Shown: positions 39,879-49,415 of the stretch, piece by piece
How positions within the stretch are numbered: position 1 is the stretch's first letter
Layout of the letters: each line of letters begins with the position of its first letter
Assembly (NCBI GenBank): GCA_937875855.1
Contig: CALFHF010000144.1
Coordinates: forward strand, 1 to 60,504
Source: an uncultured Flavobacteriales bacterium
Lineage (GTDB): Bacteria > Bacteroidota > Bacteroidia > Flavobacteriales_D > JABDKJ01
Length of the DNA stretch: 60,504 nt
Direction of reading: 5' to 3'
Made by a program: the position numbers and the translations under genes
The notes under the pieces: model-generated
What the model saw: the letters and a program-made list of their open reading frames with translations, nothing else
Database searches by the model: none
Told to the model about the DNA's origin: nothing

Positions 39879-40571
39879 ATGAAAGTTGGAGTAGTGGTTT
39901 TTCCAGGATCTAATTGTGATGAAGACATGATTCACGCCATGGAGAAACTCAGTGGTAATAAGGTCTCCCGCCTTTGGCACAAGGAACATGATCTTCAAGG
40001 TTCTGACCTCATCATCCTTCCAGGTGGTTTCTCTTACGGAGATTATTTACGTTCTGGAGCCATAGCTCGCTTCTCTCCTGTCATGGAAGAAGTAATGGCA
40101 CATAGCAAGAAAGGTGGCCTAGTATGGGGAGTGTGTAACGGATTCCAAATCCTATGCGAAGCCGGAATGTTGCCAGGCACCTTGCTTCATAATAATACAC
40201 AGAGATTCATCTGTAAGAATGTGCATTTAAGAGCACAATCCAAGACGGCAACTATAAGCTCTTCTATTGCTGCTGATATGGTCCTCAAGATTCCCATTGC
40301 TCATGGAGAAGGAAGATATTTCGACCATAGTGATGCCATTAAATCCTTGAACGATCATGATCAAGTCATTTTCAGATACTGTGACGAACAAGGAAATTTC
40401 AGCGAAGCTGCTAATCCTAATGGGTCTATAGAGAGCATAGCTGGCGTATGTAATTCAGGAAAAAATGTATTCGGTATGATGCCTCATCCAGAGCGTGCAG
40501 CTGATGCGTTAGTAGGAAATGAGGACGGAAGCATCATTCTAGAGGCCTTACTCAACCTAGCCTCAGCTTAA
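39879..40571 (+). CDS. purQ: Phosphoribosylformylglycinamidine synthase subunit PurQ (glutaminase)
   Basis: MKVGVVVFPGSNCD..., catalytic Cys in GVCNGFQ, and MPHPER near the C-terminus. Confidence 0.92.
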   Translation: MKVGVVVFPGSNCDEDMIHAMEKLSGNKVSRLWHKEHDLQGSDLIILPGGFSYGDYLRSGAIARFSPVMEEVMAHSKKGGLVWGVCNGFQILCEAGMLPGTLLHNNTQRFICKNVHLRAQSKTATISSSIAADMVLKIPIAHGEGRYFDHSDAIKSLNDHDQVIFRYCDEQGNFSEAANPNGSIESIAGVCNSGKNVFGMMPHPERAADALVGNEDGSIILEALLNLASA

Positions 40572-40573
40572 TC

Positions 40574-41200
40574 ATGAACAGCAGGTTCCTCATAGGTGTT
40601 GCCGGGGGAAGCGGTTCAGGGAAGACTTCGCTTCTTCGTAAAATTCAAGCTGATTTAGGAGAAGAACGCGTGACGATTCTTTCCCAAGATGATTATTACC
40701 TCCCTATAGAACTTCAAGAAAAAGACGATTATGGAGAAGTGAATTTCGACCTCCCTCTGTCCATAGATACAGAACGACTATTAAAGGATGTTTCAACTTT
40801 ATTGAACGGTCAAGAAGTAGTCTTTCCCCGTTATCTTTTCAATAATACGGATGGTATTGCTGAAGAAATAAGGCTGGAACCAAGACCTATCATACTTATA
40901 GAAGGGCTCTTCGTTTTCCATTATCCCGCCCTGTGTCAGATGATGGTTATGAAAGTATTTGTAGATGCTCAAGAAGATATTCGACTGAAGCGCAGAATAG
41001 AGAGAGACGAATCAGAACGCGGGTATAAAGAGGATACTGTGAGATATCAATGGGCGAATCACGTAGAACCAGCATTTCATTCTTATCTGCTTCCACATCG
41101 CACAAGTTGTGATGTTGTAGTAAAGAATAATGTCCGCATGGAAGAAGGCTACACTGAATTGAAAGAACAATTAGATCAGATCTTGGAATCAGCTTTATAA
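40574..41200 (+). CDS. udk: Uridine kinase
   Basis: P-loop GVAGGSGSGKTS, SQDDYY, and a C-terminal RD..ERG motif typical of Udk. Confidence 0.88.
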   Translation: MNSRFLIGVAGGSGSGKTSLLRKIQADLGEERVTILSQDDYYLPIELQEKDDYGEVNFDLPLSIDTERLLKDVSTLLNGQEVVFPRYLFNNTDGIAEEIRLEPRPIILIEGLFVFHYPALCQMMVMKVFVDAQEDIRLKRRIERDESERGYKEDTVRYQWANHVEPAFHSYLLPHRTSCDVVVKNNVRMEEGYTELKEQLDQILESAL

Positions 41201-41229
41201 AGCTCGAATCGGGATAAGCACAGAAAGAA

Positions 41230-42174
41230 ATGGGAAAGAAATTGGTGATTGGAGCTTTAGGTCAAGTAGGAACTGAATTAATCCAGACTATGCGCCTGCG
41301 TTATGGGGTGGATGAAGTCATAGCATCAGACATTCGCCTAAGAGCCGAGCCTCTTGATGGTCCTTTTCTCGTACTCAATGCCTTGAATGAAGAAGCACTA
41401 CGTGCCACGGTCAAAGAAATGGGGATATCAGAGGTATATCTGATGGCCGCCATGCTTTCCGCTACAGCCGAACAAATGCCTGATAAAGCATGGGACCTGA
41501 ACATGAAGAGTCTCTTCATCGTTTTAGATATGGCCAAGGATGGGTTGATAGAGAAAGTCTTTTGGCCCAGTACCATCGCAGTCTTTGGACCTAATTCAGA
41601 GAAAAGAAACAGCCCTCAGCACGGCACACTAGAACCTACAACTGTATATGGAATAAGTAAACTCGCTGGCGAGCAGTGGTGTGCGTATTATCACAGAAGA
41701 TATGGAGTCGATGTGCGTTCCTTGCGTTATCCAGGGCTTATAGGATATAAAAGCATGCCTGGCGGTGGAACCACTGATTATGCAGTAGAGATCTTCCATA
41801 AGGCCATTGAAGAGGCTAAATACACATGTTTCCTCTCAGAACAGCGCACATTACCCATGATGTATATGGATGATGCCATAAAAGCTACCATTGATATTAT
41901 GGAAGCCCCTGCTGAACAGATAAAGCTGCGCACCTCATACAATATTTCCAGTCTGAGCTTTTCACCTGAAGAACTAGCCGCTGAAATCAGCAAGGTAGTA
42001 GCAGGATTCCAGATAGATTACGCTCCTGATTTCAGAGATTCTATAGCCGCGTCTTGGCCTGAGAGTATAGATGATAGTTCAGCTAAGACTGACTGGGCCT
42101 GGAAAAGCGATTTTAATCTTCAAAAACTCGTACGCACCATGATAGATGGTGTTTGTTCTCTTAAAAACGCGTAA
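41230..42174 (+). CDS. tdh: Extended-SDR (UDP-glucose-4-epimerase-like) L-threonine 3-dehydrogenase
   Basis: 314 aa. GALGQVGTEL Rossmann motif, YGISK catalytic motif, and long similarity to flavobacterial SDR-type TDH as I recall it (PGGGTTDYAVEIF, YTCFLSE, SWPESIDDS). Confidence 0.65.
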   Translation: MGKKLVIGALGQVGTELIQTMRLRYGVDEVIASDIRLRAEPLDGPFLVLNALNEEALRATVKEMGISEVYLMAAMLSATAEQMPDKAWDLNMKSLFIVLDMAKDGLIEKVFWPSTIAVFGPNSEKRNSPQHGTLEPTTVYGISKLAGEQWCAYYHRRYGVDVRSLRYPGLIGYKSMPGGGTTDYAVEIFHKAIEEAKYTCFLSEQRTLPMMYMDDAIKATIDIMEAPAEQIKLRTSYNISSLSFSPEELAAEISKVVAGFQIDYAPDFRDSIAASWPESIDDSSAKTDWAWKSDFNLQKLVRTMIDGVCSLKNA

Positions 42175-42233
42175 CCCTCCTCTCATTCTCCCGTATTAAG
42201 CATTAGGAGTGCCCTCTCCAGTGAAGAGAAAAA

Positions 42234-43118
42234 ATGAGGAACATGAAGTATATATTCAGTCTTATACTGATGCTAGTTCTAGCGTACAGTGCTTCGGCCA
42301 ATCCCGGAATAGAAGGGATAAATTCGTTAGACGGTCAAGGAAGGCGCACCGGTTATTGGATTATCAATGGTTCCATGAAGCCAACTCCCGGATTTTCTAC
42401 CGAGCAGATTATCGAAGAAGGAAACTACTTAGCCAACAAGAAGCAAGGCTTATGGAAAAGGTACTATGCAACTGGTAAGCTTCAAAGCGAAATCACCTAT
42501 AAAAACAATATCCCCAACGGTCCATACAGTACGTATTATCCCACAGGAATTTTAGAAGAACGAGGAGATTGGTCCTACAATAAAAACATTGGGAACTTTG
42601 AGCGTTATCATCCCAATGGTGTTAAGTCACAGGCCTTTATTTTTGATAATAGCGGAGTGCGCAATGGCCCACAATATTATTATCATGAAAACGGCAAGAC
42701 GGAGCTAGAAGTAGCCATAGTGAATGGCCGTGAAGAGGGCATCATGAAGCGTTACTATGCGAATGGTGACTTAAAAGAAACAAAGGGTTTCAGCGGAGGA
42801 AAACTCAATGATGGCTCTATCAAGGCCTACACAATGGTCGCCAAAAACGTAGTTTTAGATGAAGACAATGGAGTGACTGAAAAGCACAGTCTCACAAGTG
42901 CTGAAGACAAACCTAACTTAGCGTTATTCAAAGCTACTGGGGACAATATTCTTTATAATAAGGACCGCTTAATCTCTCAGAAAGGCTATTTCAAAAACGG
43001 TCGACTCTGGAATGGAAGATGGTATAGGTATGATTCCAATGGTCTCTTGGAACAAATAGAAGTCTACAAGAACGGAAAGTTCTTAGGACTTGCCCCACTA
43101 GAAGAGTCAGAGAACTAA
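42234..43118 (+). CDS. MORN-repeat-variant (YwqK-like) secreted protein
   Basis: Signal peptide MRNMKYIFSLILMLVLAYSASA, then about 8 repeats of the G.W..YY..G type. Confidence 0.75.
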   Translation: MRNMKYIFSLILMLVLAYSASANPGIEGINSLDGQGRRTGYWIINGSMKPTPGFSTEQIIEEGNYLANKKQGLWKRYYATGKLQSEITYKNNIPNGPYSTYYPTGILEERGDWSYNKNIGNFERYHPNGVKSQAFIFDNSGVRNGPQYYYHENGKTELEVAIVNGREEGIMKRYYANGDLKETKGFSGGKLNDGSIKAYTMVAKNVVLDEDNGVTEKHSLTSAEDKPNLALFKATGDNILYNKDRLISQKGYFKNGRLWNGRWYRYDSNGLLEQIEVYKNGKFLGLAPLEESEN

Positions 43119-43176
43119 TCCGCTGGTGCATGGGACTCCCGATACTAGGCCCCCTATTCTAAGCTCATACCGCATT

Positions 43177-44112
43177 TCATTCTACAATCACCTTCCCCGA
43201 ATATACAGATCCATCACGGGTGGTGATAAGGAGGGAGTAAAGGCCGGGGGCCAAGAATTCAAGATTCAAGATTGCAGATTCAAGATTATCGCTGTAGGAA
43301 CCTTGAACCTTGAACTTTGAATCTGGAATGATCCTCCCTTTCGCATCTACCATCACCACCCTCTCCACCACCACCTCCTGCGGGAAGCGGACTCCGAGCG
43401 GAGCCGAGGAGCCAGCGGGGTAGGGATTAGGCCAGACTTCCAATTTCAAATCTCGAATCTCAAGTTCACCAAGACCCACTGGAGCGCAACCCTGCCACTC
43501 TAAATCCCCACAGGCGTCTACTTTTACGAGCCAGGTTTTATCATAGGGATCCGTTGCTTGATCTGAGAATGCTCCTACCATGGTGTAGCCACCATCAGGA
43601 GCAAGTTCCATGTCGTAGAGTTGGCTTTTACAGCTAGTGCAACCCGGCTGATAGGCCAGCTCGGTATACCAGACTTGCTCATAGTTCTCATCCAGTTTCA
43701 TTATGTAAGAAATTATTGGTTCGGAAGTCCCGATGACCTTTCTGAAATTCCCCATTAATACAAGACCATCCTCTACCTCAATAAACTTAATAGGAAAGCC
43801 ATTTAGCCATTGTTGGCCTTCCATTACATCATTCAAATGAATCAACTCTTCCGTTTCGACATTGAACTCATAGATTCTGATAAATCTATAGTTCCAAAGA
43901 GGGTCTGAAGAGTTGGGGTAGTCTATTTCACTAATTGCTTGAGCAACTATTATTTGACCATTAGCTTTAATGATGGGTCTCATAATCAATCGCAAGTCAC
44001 CGCCCCATCCTTCTCTTTCAATGAGCGGCTCGCCCTCTCGGAAATAGGCTATTTGACCAGTTGTTGAAGAACCACTGCCGGAACCACCACTAAGTATGTA
44101 ACCATGAAGGTT
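43177..44112 (-). pseudogene. 5'-truncated remnant of a T9SS type A cargo gene (beta-propeller-like body plus Por secretion tail)
   Basis: The reading frame is open from 44112, but the first start codon is TTG at 43995 or ATG at 43983. No signal peptide is present in any version. The C-terminal domain is VWPNPYPAG...GLYSLLITTRDGSVYSGKVIVE. The upstream 280 nt have no continuing frame. Confidence 0.5.
43257..43326. repeat. Two blocks of 4 imperfect tandem heptamers in inverted orientation
   Basis: 43257-43284 reads ATTCAAG ATTCAAG ATTGCAG ATTCAAG. 43299-43326 reads AACCTTG AACCTTG AACTTTG AATCTGG, approximately the reverse complement. A third related block lies at 43443-43463 (AATTTCA AATCTCG AATCTCA). 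Confidence 0.7.
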
Positions 44113-44396
44113 TCATGGTTTTTCGATTTGCCCTCAACATACGTGCATAAGAACAGTCAACCAAACACCAGCACACAATTTTCCATAGTCCACTCAGCGC
44201 TTTTGATGACTATCCCGTTTTGCAGAACTGAATCTATTGAAATGGTTAGTAAAGCTTGTGTGCAAAGGACAAAGAGGTCAAGGGAAAAAATACTTTATGG
44301 TAACCGACAATTGAGCGGTCTTTTTGTTCACTTGTTAAACATGAAGAATTCACCCAGGGCTAAAAATCCTTCGTCCCAAAATCTTTTCTTTGCTGA

Positions 44397-45869
44397 ATGA
44401 ATAAAGCCTTGGTCATTCAGAATACCCTGTCGGGGAATAAAGAAACATTCAAGTCTATTGTCGAAGGACATGTGGGAATGTACGTCTGTGGCCCCACTGT
44501 TTATTCTGATGTTCATCTAGGAAATGTGAGGACATTCCTGTCCTTCGATGTCATCTATCGCTACCTTCTTTTCTTGGGCTATAAAGTGCGCTACGTGCGT
44601 AACATCACTGATGTGGGGCACCTCGTAGGTGACATTGATGAAGGGGAAGACAAGATAGGCAAGAAGGCTCGGCTAGAAAATTTGGAGCCCATGGAGGTAG
44701 TGCAGCGCTACACCAATGGTTTCCATGATGTCATGCGCCTCTTTAACATACTCCCTCCCAGCATAGAACCTACAGCCACAGCCCATATTATAGAGCAGAT
44801 AGAAATGTCCCAGTCTTTATTGGACAATGGATTGGCTTACGAGAAAAATGGCTCTGTCTACTTCGATGTGCTCAAATACGCTGAGAAAGAACCTTATGGA
44901 GAATTATCAGGCCGTAAGTTGGATGACTTGATGAGCAATTCCCGTGAATTAGATGGTCAAGCGGATAAGCGTAATCCACTGGACTTCGCCCTCTGGAAAA
45001 AAGCCGAACCAGAGCATCTCATGAAATGGCCCTCCCCTTGGGGTGATGGCTTTCCAGGATGGCATATAGAATGTTCGGTGATGAGCAGGAAGTATCTAGG
45101 AGACACTTTCGATATACACGGTGGTGGAATGGATCTGAAGTTTCCGCATCATGAATGCGAGATAGCGCAGAATAAAGGCAGCTACGGAAAGAAGCCGGTG
45201 AACTACTGGATACATACCAATATGCTCACCGTGAATGGGCGTAAGATGTCCAAGTCAGAGGGCAACGGATTCACACCAGAGGAATTGATCACAGGAGATC
45301 ATAAGCTCTTGGACAAAGGCTATTCTCCCATGACGGTGCGGTTCTTCATGCTCATGGGACATTACAGCAGCACCTTGGATTTTTCCAATACCGCCCTGCA
45401 AGCCTCAGAAAAAGCACATCAGCGCATGATGATTGGCTGGAAAGAACTTCAGGATCTTCCTGTTTCTTCTAGCAATGACGTAGATGTGACTGACCTGCGT
45501 TCACGCTGTGAAACAGCTATGAACGATGACTTCAATACGCCCATTCTTATCTCAGTATTGTTTGACGCGGTGAAGAACATCAATCTTGTAAAAGCTGGCC
45601 AACAGAAAATAGATGAGGCGAATAAAACAGCACTTATTCAGCTCTTTGATGATTATCTTTTCAAGGTCATGGGATTGCAGGAAGAAAGCAATGCAAGCAC
45701 TGGAGATGACCTTGGCTCATCCTTAATGGAAGTGCTTATTGAGATGCGCAAGGAAGCCAGAACGAATAAGGATTTTGCCCTTTCTGATGCCATTAGAGAT
45801 AAACTTGCAAGCCTTCAAATCAGCTTGAAAGATGGTACGGATGGCACTACTTGGGCCAAGGGAAGCTGA
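44397..45869 (+). CDS. cysS: Cysteine--tRNA ligase
   Basis: 490 aa. Class I signatures: HIGH-type HLGN in [15 protein letters not shown], and KMSKS. Confidence 0.95.
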   Translation: MNKALVIQNTLSGNKETFKSIVEGHVGMYVCGPTVYSDVHLGNVRTFLSFDVIYRYLLFLGYKVRYVRNITDVGHLVGDIDEGEDKIGKKARLENLEPMEVVQRYTNGFHDVMRLFNILPPSIEPTATAHIIEQIEMSQSLLDNGLAYEKNGSVYFDVLKYAEKEPYGELSGRKLDDLMSNSRELDGQADKRNPLDFALWKKAEPEHLMKWPSPWGDGFPGWHIECSVMSRKYLGDTFDIHGGGMDLKFPHHECEIAQNKGSYGKKPVNYWIHTNMLTVNGRKMSKSEGNGFTPEELITGDHKLLDKGYSPMTVRFFMLMGHYSSTLDFSNTALQASEKAHQRMMIGWKELQDLPVSSSNDVDVTDLRSRCETAMNDDFNTPILISVLFDAVKNINLVKAGQQKIDEANKTALIQLFDDYLFKVMGLQEESNASTGDDLGSSLMEVLIEMRKEARTNKDFALSDAIRDKLASLQISLKDGTDGTTWAKGS

Positions 45870-45930
45870 ATCTTTCCATTCAAAGAAAGCCCTCACCGTC
45901 TGTCCAAGCGCTGTGACCATGTCTTAACAA

Positions 45931-47397
45931 GTGTTTATTTTAGCAAACATTAGCAAATACCCTAGTCCATTGAATCTCAAGCATTCACTTTTCATTCTCG
46001 TCCTTTCTAGTTCGATTCAATCCTATAGCCAAGAAGGTTGGGATCTCAGCCGCTGTATCAGTACAGCATGGGAACGTAACATTGATATCCAAAAAGGAGA
46101 GCTGAACTTAGAGGTCTCGGAGATAACCCTTAGGCAGAATAGGTACAGCCTTCTCCCAAGTTTAAATGGGGGGGCCACGCACGGATATAACTGGGGTCAG
46201 ACCATTGACCCTTTTACAAATCAGTTTGCAACAGATAGAGTTCGAAATAACAATCTCTTCCTTTCAAGCAATGTGACACTTTATAGGGGATTCACATTGC
46301 AGAACAACATCAAGAAAAGCAAAACAGATCTCGCAGCTAGCAAAGAAGATCTGCGCAGAACACAGAACGACATCTCCCTCTTTGTCGCCCAAGCTTTTCT
46401 TTCTATTCTTCTCAATGAAGAGCAACTAAAAGCCACTGAAGAACAAGTCGCCATCAGTCAGAGGCAGGCTGATAGGATGAAAAGGCTAGTTGACGCAGGG
46501 CAAGCAGCAAGGAATAATCTTTTCGACTTAGAATCACAGTTGGCGAGCGATCAGCTTAACCTCACCAATACACAGAACAACTTGGTAATAAGCATGTTAG
46601 GGTTATCTACTGTCCTTCTATTAACCCCTGAAGAATATGCCGAATTCAAACTTCAAGGACCTGATGTAATCCATATGGATCTGGACAAAGAAGTTCCAGA
46701 ACCACTAGAAATCTATTCTTCAGCCAGCGGACAATTACCACAGATTAGAGCTGCCACACTTCGTGTAGAAAGCAGTGATGTGAATCTGGACATTGCCAGA
46801 GGAGGTCGCAGTCCATACATCACCATGAGCGGGTCACTAGGCTCTGGTTATTCAGGGAATAACATCATAGGTTTGGGTATTCCAATGATTGATATTCAGA
46901 CTATAGGATATGTAGAGAGTTCATTGGACGAAGTAGTGAGTCCTAGGGTCTCTTATGAAGATTATCAGACCAAGGAATTCAGCGAGCAATTGGATGACAA
47001 TTTTAACCAATCAATGAGCTTAAGTTTGACCATTCCCATATTCAATCGCATGCAAGTCAGCTCTGACATATCCCGCGCGAAACTGAATTATCAATTGTCA
47101 AAACTAGATGAGCAAAGCGCAAAGAATCAGCTCCTACAAGATGTGCAACAGGCCCATGCAGATGTATTGGCTGCGCGAAGAAGTTTTTCTGCCTCGGAAC
47201 GATCTGTAGCTGCGGTCAGATTAAACTTCGACAACGCTGAAAAACGTTTTGAGCAAGAGATGATTAATCCTGTGGAGTTCAATGATGCCAAGAGTAGACT
47301 AGCCATTGCAGAGACACAGTTAATCAGAGCACGTTATGATTTGCTATTCAAATTGACAATCATTGATTTCTATATGGGTAAGACCATTGACCTATAA
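45931..47397 (+). CDS. TolC-family outer-membrane efflux protein
   Basis: 488 aa with two-fold repeated coiled-coil/beta pattern typical of OEP/TolC. The start is uncertain (GTG at 45931, or TTG at 45970 giving MNLKHSLFILVLSSSIQSYSQ). Confidence 0.8.
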   Translation: MFILANISKYPSPLNLKHSLFILVLSSSIQSYSQEGWDLSRCISTAWERNIDIQKGELNLEVSEITLRQNRYSLLPSLNGGATHGYNWGQTIDPFTNQFATDRVRNNNLFLSSNVTLYRGFTLQNNIKKSKTDLAASKEDLRRTQNDISLFVAQAFLSILLNEEQLKATEEQVAISQRQADRMKRLVDAGQAARNNLFDLESQLASDQLNLTNTQNNLVISMLGLSTVLLLTPEEYAEFKLQGPDVIHMDLDKEVPEPLEIYSSASGQLPQIRAATLRVESSDVNLDIARGGRSPYITMSGSLGSGYSGNNIIGLGIPMIDIQTIGYVESSLDEVVSPRVSYEDYQTKEFSEQLDDNFNQSMSLSLTIPIFNRMQVSSDISRAKLNYQLSKLDEQSAKNQLLQDVQQAHADVLAARRSFSASERSVAAVRLNFDNAEKRFEQEMINPVEFNDAKSRLAIAETQLIRARYDLLFKLTIIDFYMGKTIDL

Positions 47398-47406
47398 GCC
47401 AACCAC

Positions 47407-48723
47407 ATGAGAACCTATTATTCAAGTCTGTCCATCCTCTCCATTCTCATCCTCGTTTCAGCATGCAGCGGAGGTGATGCCAAGAAAGTAAAGACAGAAG
47501 ATGTAAAGAAGCGCGACCTGGTAGAACTTGTTTCGGCCAATGGAAAGATTCAACCTGAAATGGATGTGAAGATCAGTCCTGAAGTCTCAGGAAAAGTGAT
47601 GACTGTGCATGTAAAAGAAGGAGATGAAGTGAAAAAAGGTGATCTTTTAATCACCTTGATTCCTGATCTTCTTGATGCAAACCTCAGCAGAGCAACAGCT
47701 ACTATGAATACCAGCAGGGCCAGTTTTGCAAATGCTAGAGCACGTGCGGCACAAGCAGAAGCCCAATTCGTAAATCAAGGAAAAAGCTACACGCGAAGCC
47801 AAGATTTATTTAAACAAGGAGTTATTTCCCAATCAGAAATGGATCAAGCCGATGCATCTTATTTGGTCGCACAAGCCGAGCAAACAGCGGCTCTAGAGAG
47901 TGTAAGTGGTGCTCAGTATTCTGTAAAAAGTGCAGAGGCAACACAGAAAGAAGCAAGAGACAACCTTGCCCGAACTCGCATCTACGCCCCGAATGATGGG
48001 GTAATCACTGCGTTAAGAGTTGAAGAGGGAGAAACAGTGCTTGGAACTATTCAAACCATAGGTACTGAGATTATGCGTGTCTCTAATCTTGACCTCATGG
48101 AAGTAGATGTAGAGGTCAATGAAAGTGATATTGTGAGAGTGAGTATGGGCGATACAGCAAGCATAGAGGTAGATGCGTATCTGGATAGAAAATTCAAAGG
48201 AGTCGTGACAGAAATTTCCAATGCAGCATTTAATGCATCAGGAATGATGAGCGCGGATCAGATCACGAACTTCTCTGTGAAAATCAGAATTCTCCCTGAT
48301 TCCTACGCTGATCTTTTGACAAAGAATCCTAACCTGGCTAATCCATTCAGGACGGGAATGTCAGCCACAGTAGATATCAATACCGATTCTAAAAAAGGTG
48401 TTCAAAGCGTCCCCATAGAATCTGTAACCACTAGAACAGACACCACCAAGATTGAAAGTTTCAAGGAGCGAATGGCACGCAAAAAAGAAGTGCGGGAACG
48501 TCCTGAAGAGAACGAACTTATAGAATGTGTATTCATTTTGAAAGATGGAAAAGCACATATTCGCCCAGTAAAAACTGGAATTCAAGACAATAGATACATA
48601 GAGATTGTCCATGGATTAGCAGAAGGTGAAACGGTGATTTCAGGACCGTACGCCACTGTCTCTAGAGAGCTAGAAGAAGGCATGGAAGTAGAGCTCATGA
48701 AAGAATCAGAAAAAGAGGAATGA
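47407..48723 (+). CDS. Efflux periplasmic adaptor (HlyD/MacA-type membrane fusion protein)
   Basis: 438 aa. Lipoprotein-like signal (LVSACSGG), barrel-sandwich/lipoyl motifs (VKEGDEVKKGDLL), and a long coiled-coil hairpin. Confidence 0.85.
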   Translation: MRTYYSSLSILSILILVSACSGGDAKKVKTEDVKKRDLVELVSANGKIQPEMDVKISPEVSGKVMTVHVKEGDEVKKGDLLITLIPDLLDANLSRATATMNTSRASFANARARAAQAEAQFVNQGKSYTRSQDLFKQGVISQSEMDQADASYLVAQAEQTAALESVSGAQYSVKSAEATQKEARDNLARTRIYAPNDGVITALRVEEGETVLGTIQTIGTEIMRVSNLDLMEVDVEVNESDIVRVSMGDTASIEVDAYLDRKFKGVVTEISNAAFNASGMMSADQITNFSVKIRILPDSYADLLTKNPNLANPFRTGMSATVDINTDSKKGVQSVPIESVTTRTDTTKIESFKERMARKKEVRERPEENELIECVFILKDGKAHIRPVKTGIQDNRYIEIVHGLAEGETVISGPYATVSRELEEGMEVELMKESEKEE

Positions 48724-49415
48724 GTCTCATTCTCTGCACAGATACTTCCACGAAAGCTTGCACGGCAGCAGTGGCTAATAATGGCATGGTCATTTCTAAA
48801 ATCCAGATCAAACAGGAAGGATATAAGCATGCAGAACAGTTGCATGACCTCTTGCAATCTGTGCTCGATGAAGCTGGAATTATGTGGAAAGACCTAGACG
48901 CTGTTGCAGTCGGAAAAGGACCTGGGTCGTACACGGGATTGCGCATAGGCGTGAGTGCCGTGAAAGGAATTTGCTACGCAAGAAAGATTCCGCTGATTGC
49001 TTTACCCACCTTACAGATTATGGCTGTGAATGCGGCTTCTAAGAGCTCCCTAAATGCACAAGCCCTCCTAAGACCAATGATTGATGCAAGGAGAATGGAA
49101 GTTTACACAGCAGCCTACTCAAGTGAATTCAATGAACTTGAAAAAGTACAGGCCCATGTCCTTGAAGAAGATTCCTTCGCAGAGGAGCTTATAAAAAATC
49201 CGGTCTATTTCTTTGGAGACGGAATGGACAAGTGCCGACATCTATTCGAGCAGCATTCCAATGCCCATTTCATAGATGATGTAATCCCTGCAGCATGGTC
49301 AATGGCTGTGCTTTCTCAGTGCGCTTTCGAGGAAAAAATGTTCGAAGATGTAGCTTATTTCGAGCCGTTCTACCTGAAAGAATTTCTCGCGAAGCCGCCT
49401 AAGAAGTTAATCTAG
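48720..49415 (+). CDS. tsaB: tRNA t6A37 biosynthesis protein TsaB
   Basis: 231 aa with [15 protein letters not shown] and [15 protein letters not shown] motifs. 4-nt overlap with the upstream adaptor gene. Confidence 0.88.
   Translation: MSLILCTDTSTKACTAAVANNGMVISKIQIKQEGYKHAEQLHDLLQSVLDEAGIMWKDLDAVAVGKGPGSYTGLRIGVSAVKGICYARKIPLIALPTLQIMAVNAASKSSLNAQALLRPMIDARRMEVYTAAYSSEFNELEKVQAHVLEEDSFAEELIKNPVYFFGDGMDKCRHLFEQHSNAHFIDDVIPAAWSMAVLSQCAFEEKMFEDVAYFEPFYLKEFLAKPPKKLI

Noticed and set aside
42209-42478. 89-aa ORF overlapping the start of the MORN gene in another frame
   Set aside because: The 42234 frame has a signal peptide and clear repeats over 294 aa. The alternative frame is basic junk.
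43126-43320. 64-aa plus-strand ORF
   Set aside because: Antisense to the CTD-coding part of 43177..43995. It arises from the heptamer-repeat region.
44104-44516. ORFs 44104..44400 (plus, 98 aa) and 44328..44516 (minus, 62 aa)
   Set aside because: They lie in the cysS promoter region or overlap the cysS start. The composition is not protein-like and I recognise no motifs. They were considered only as part of the decayed-gene region.
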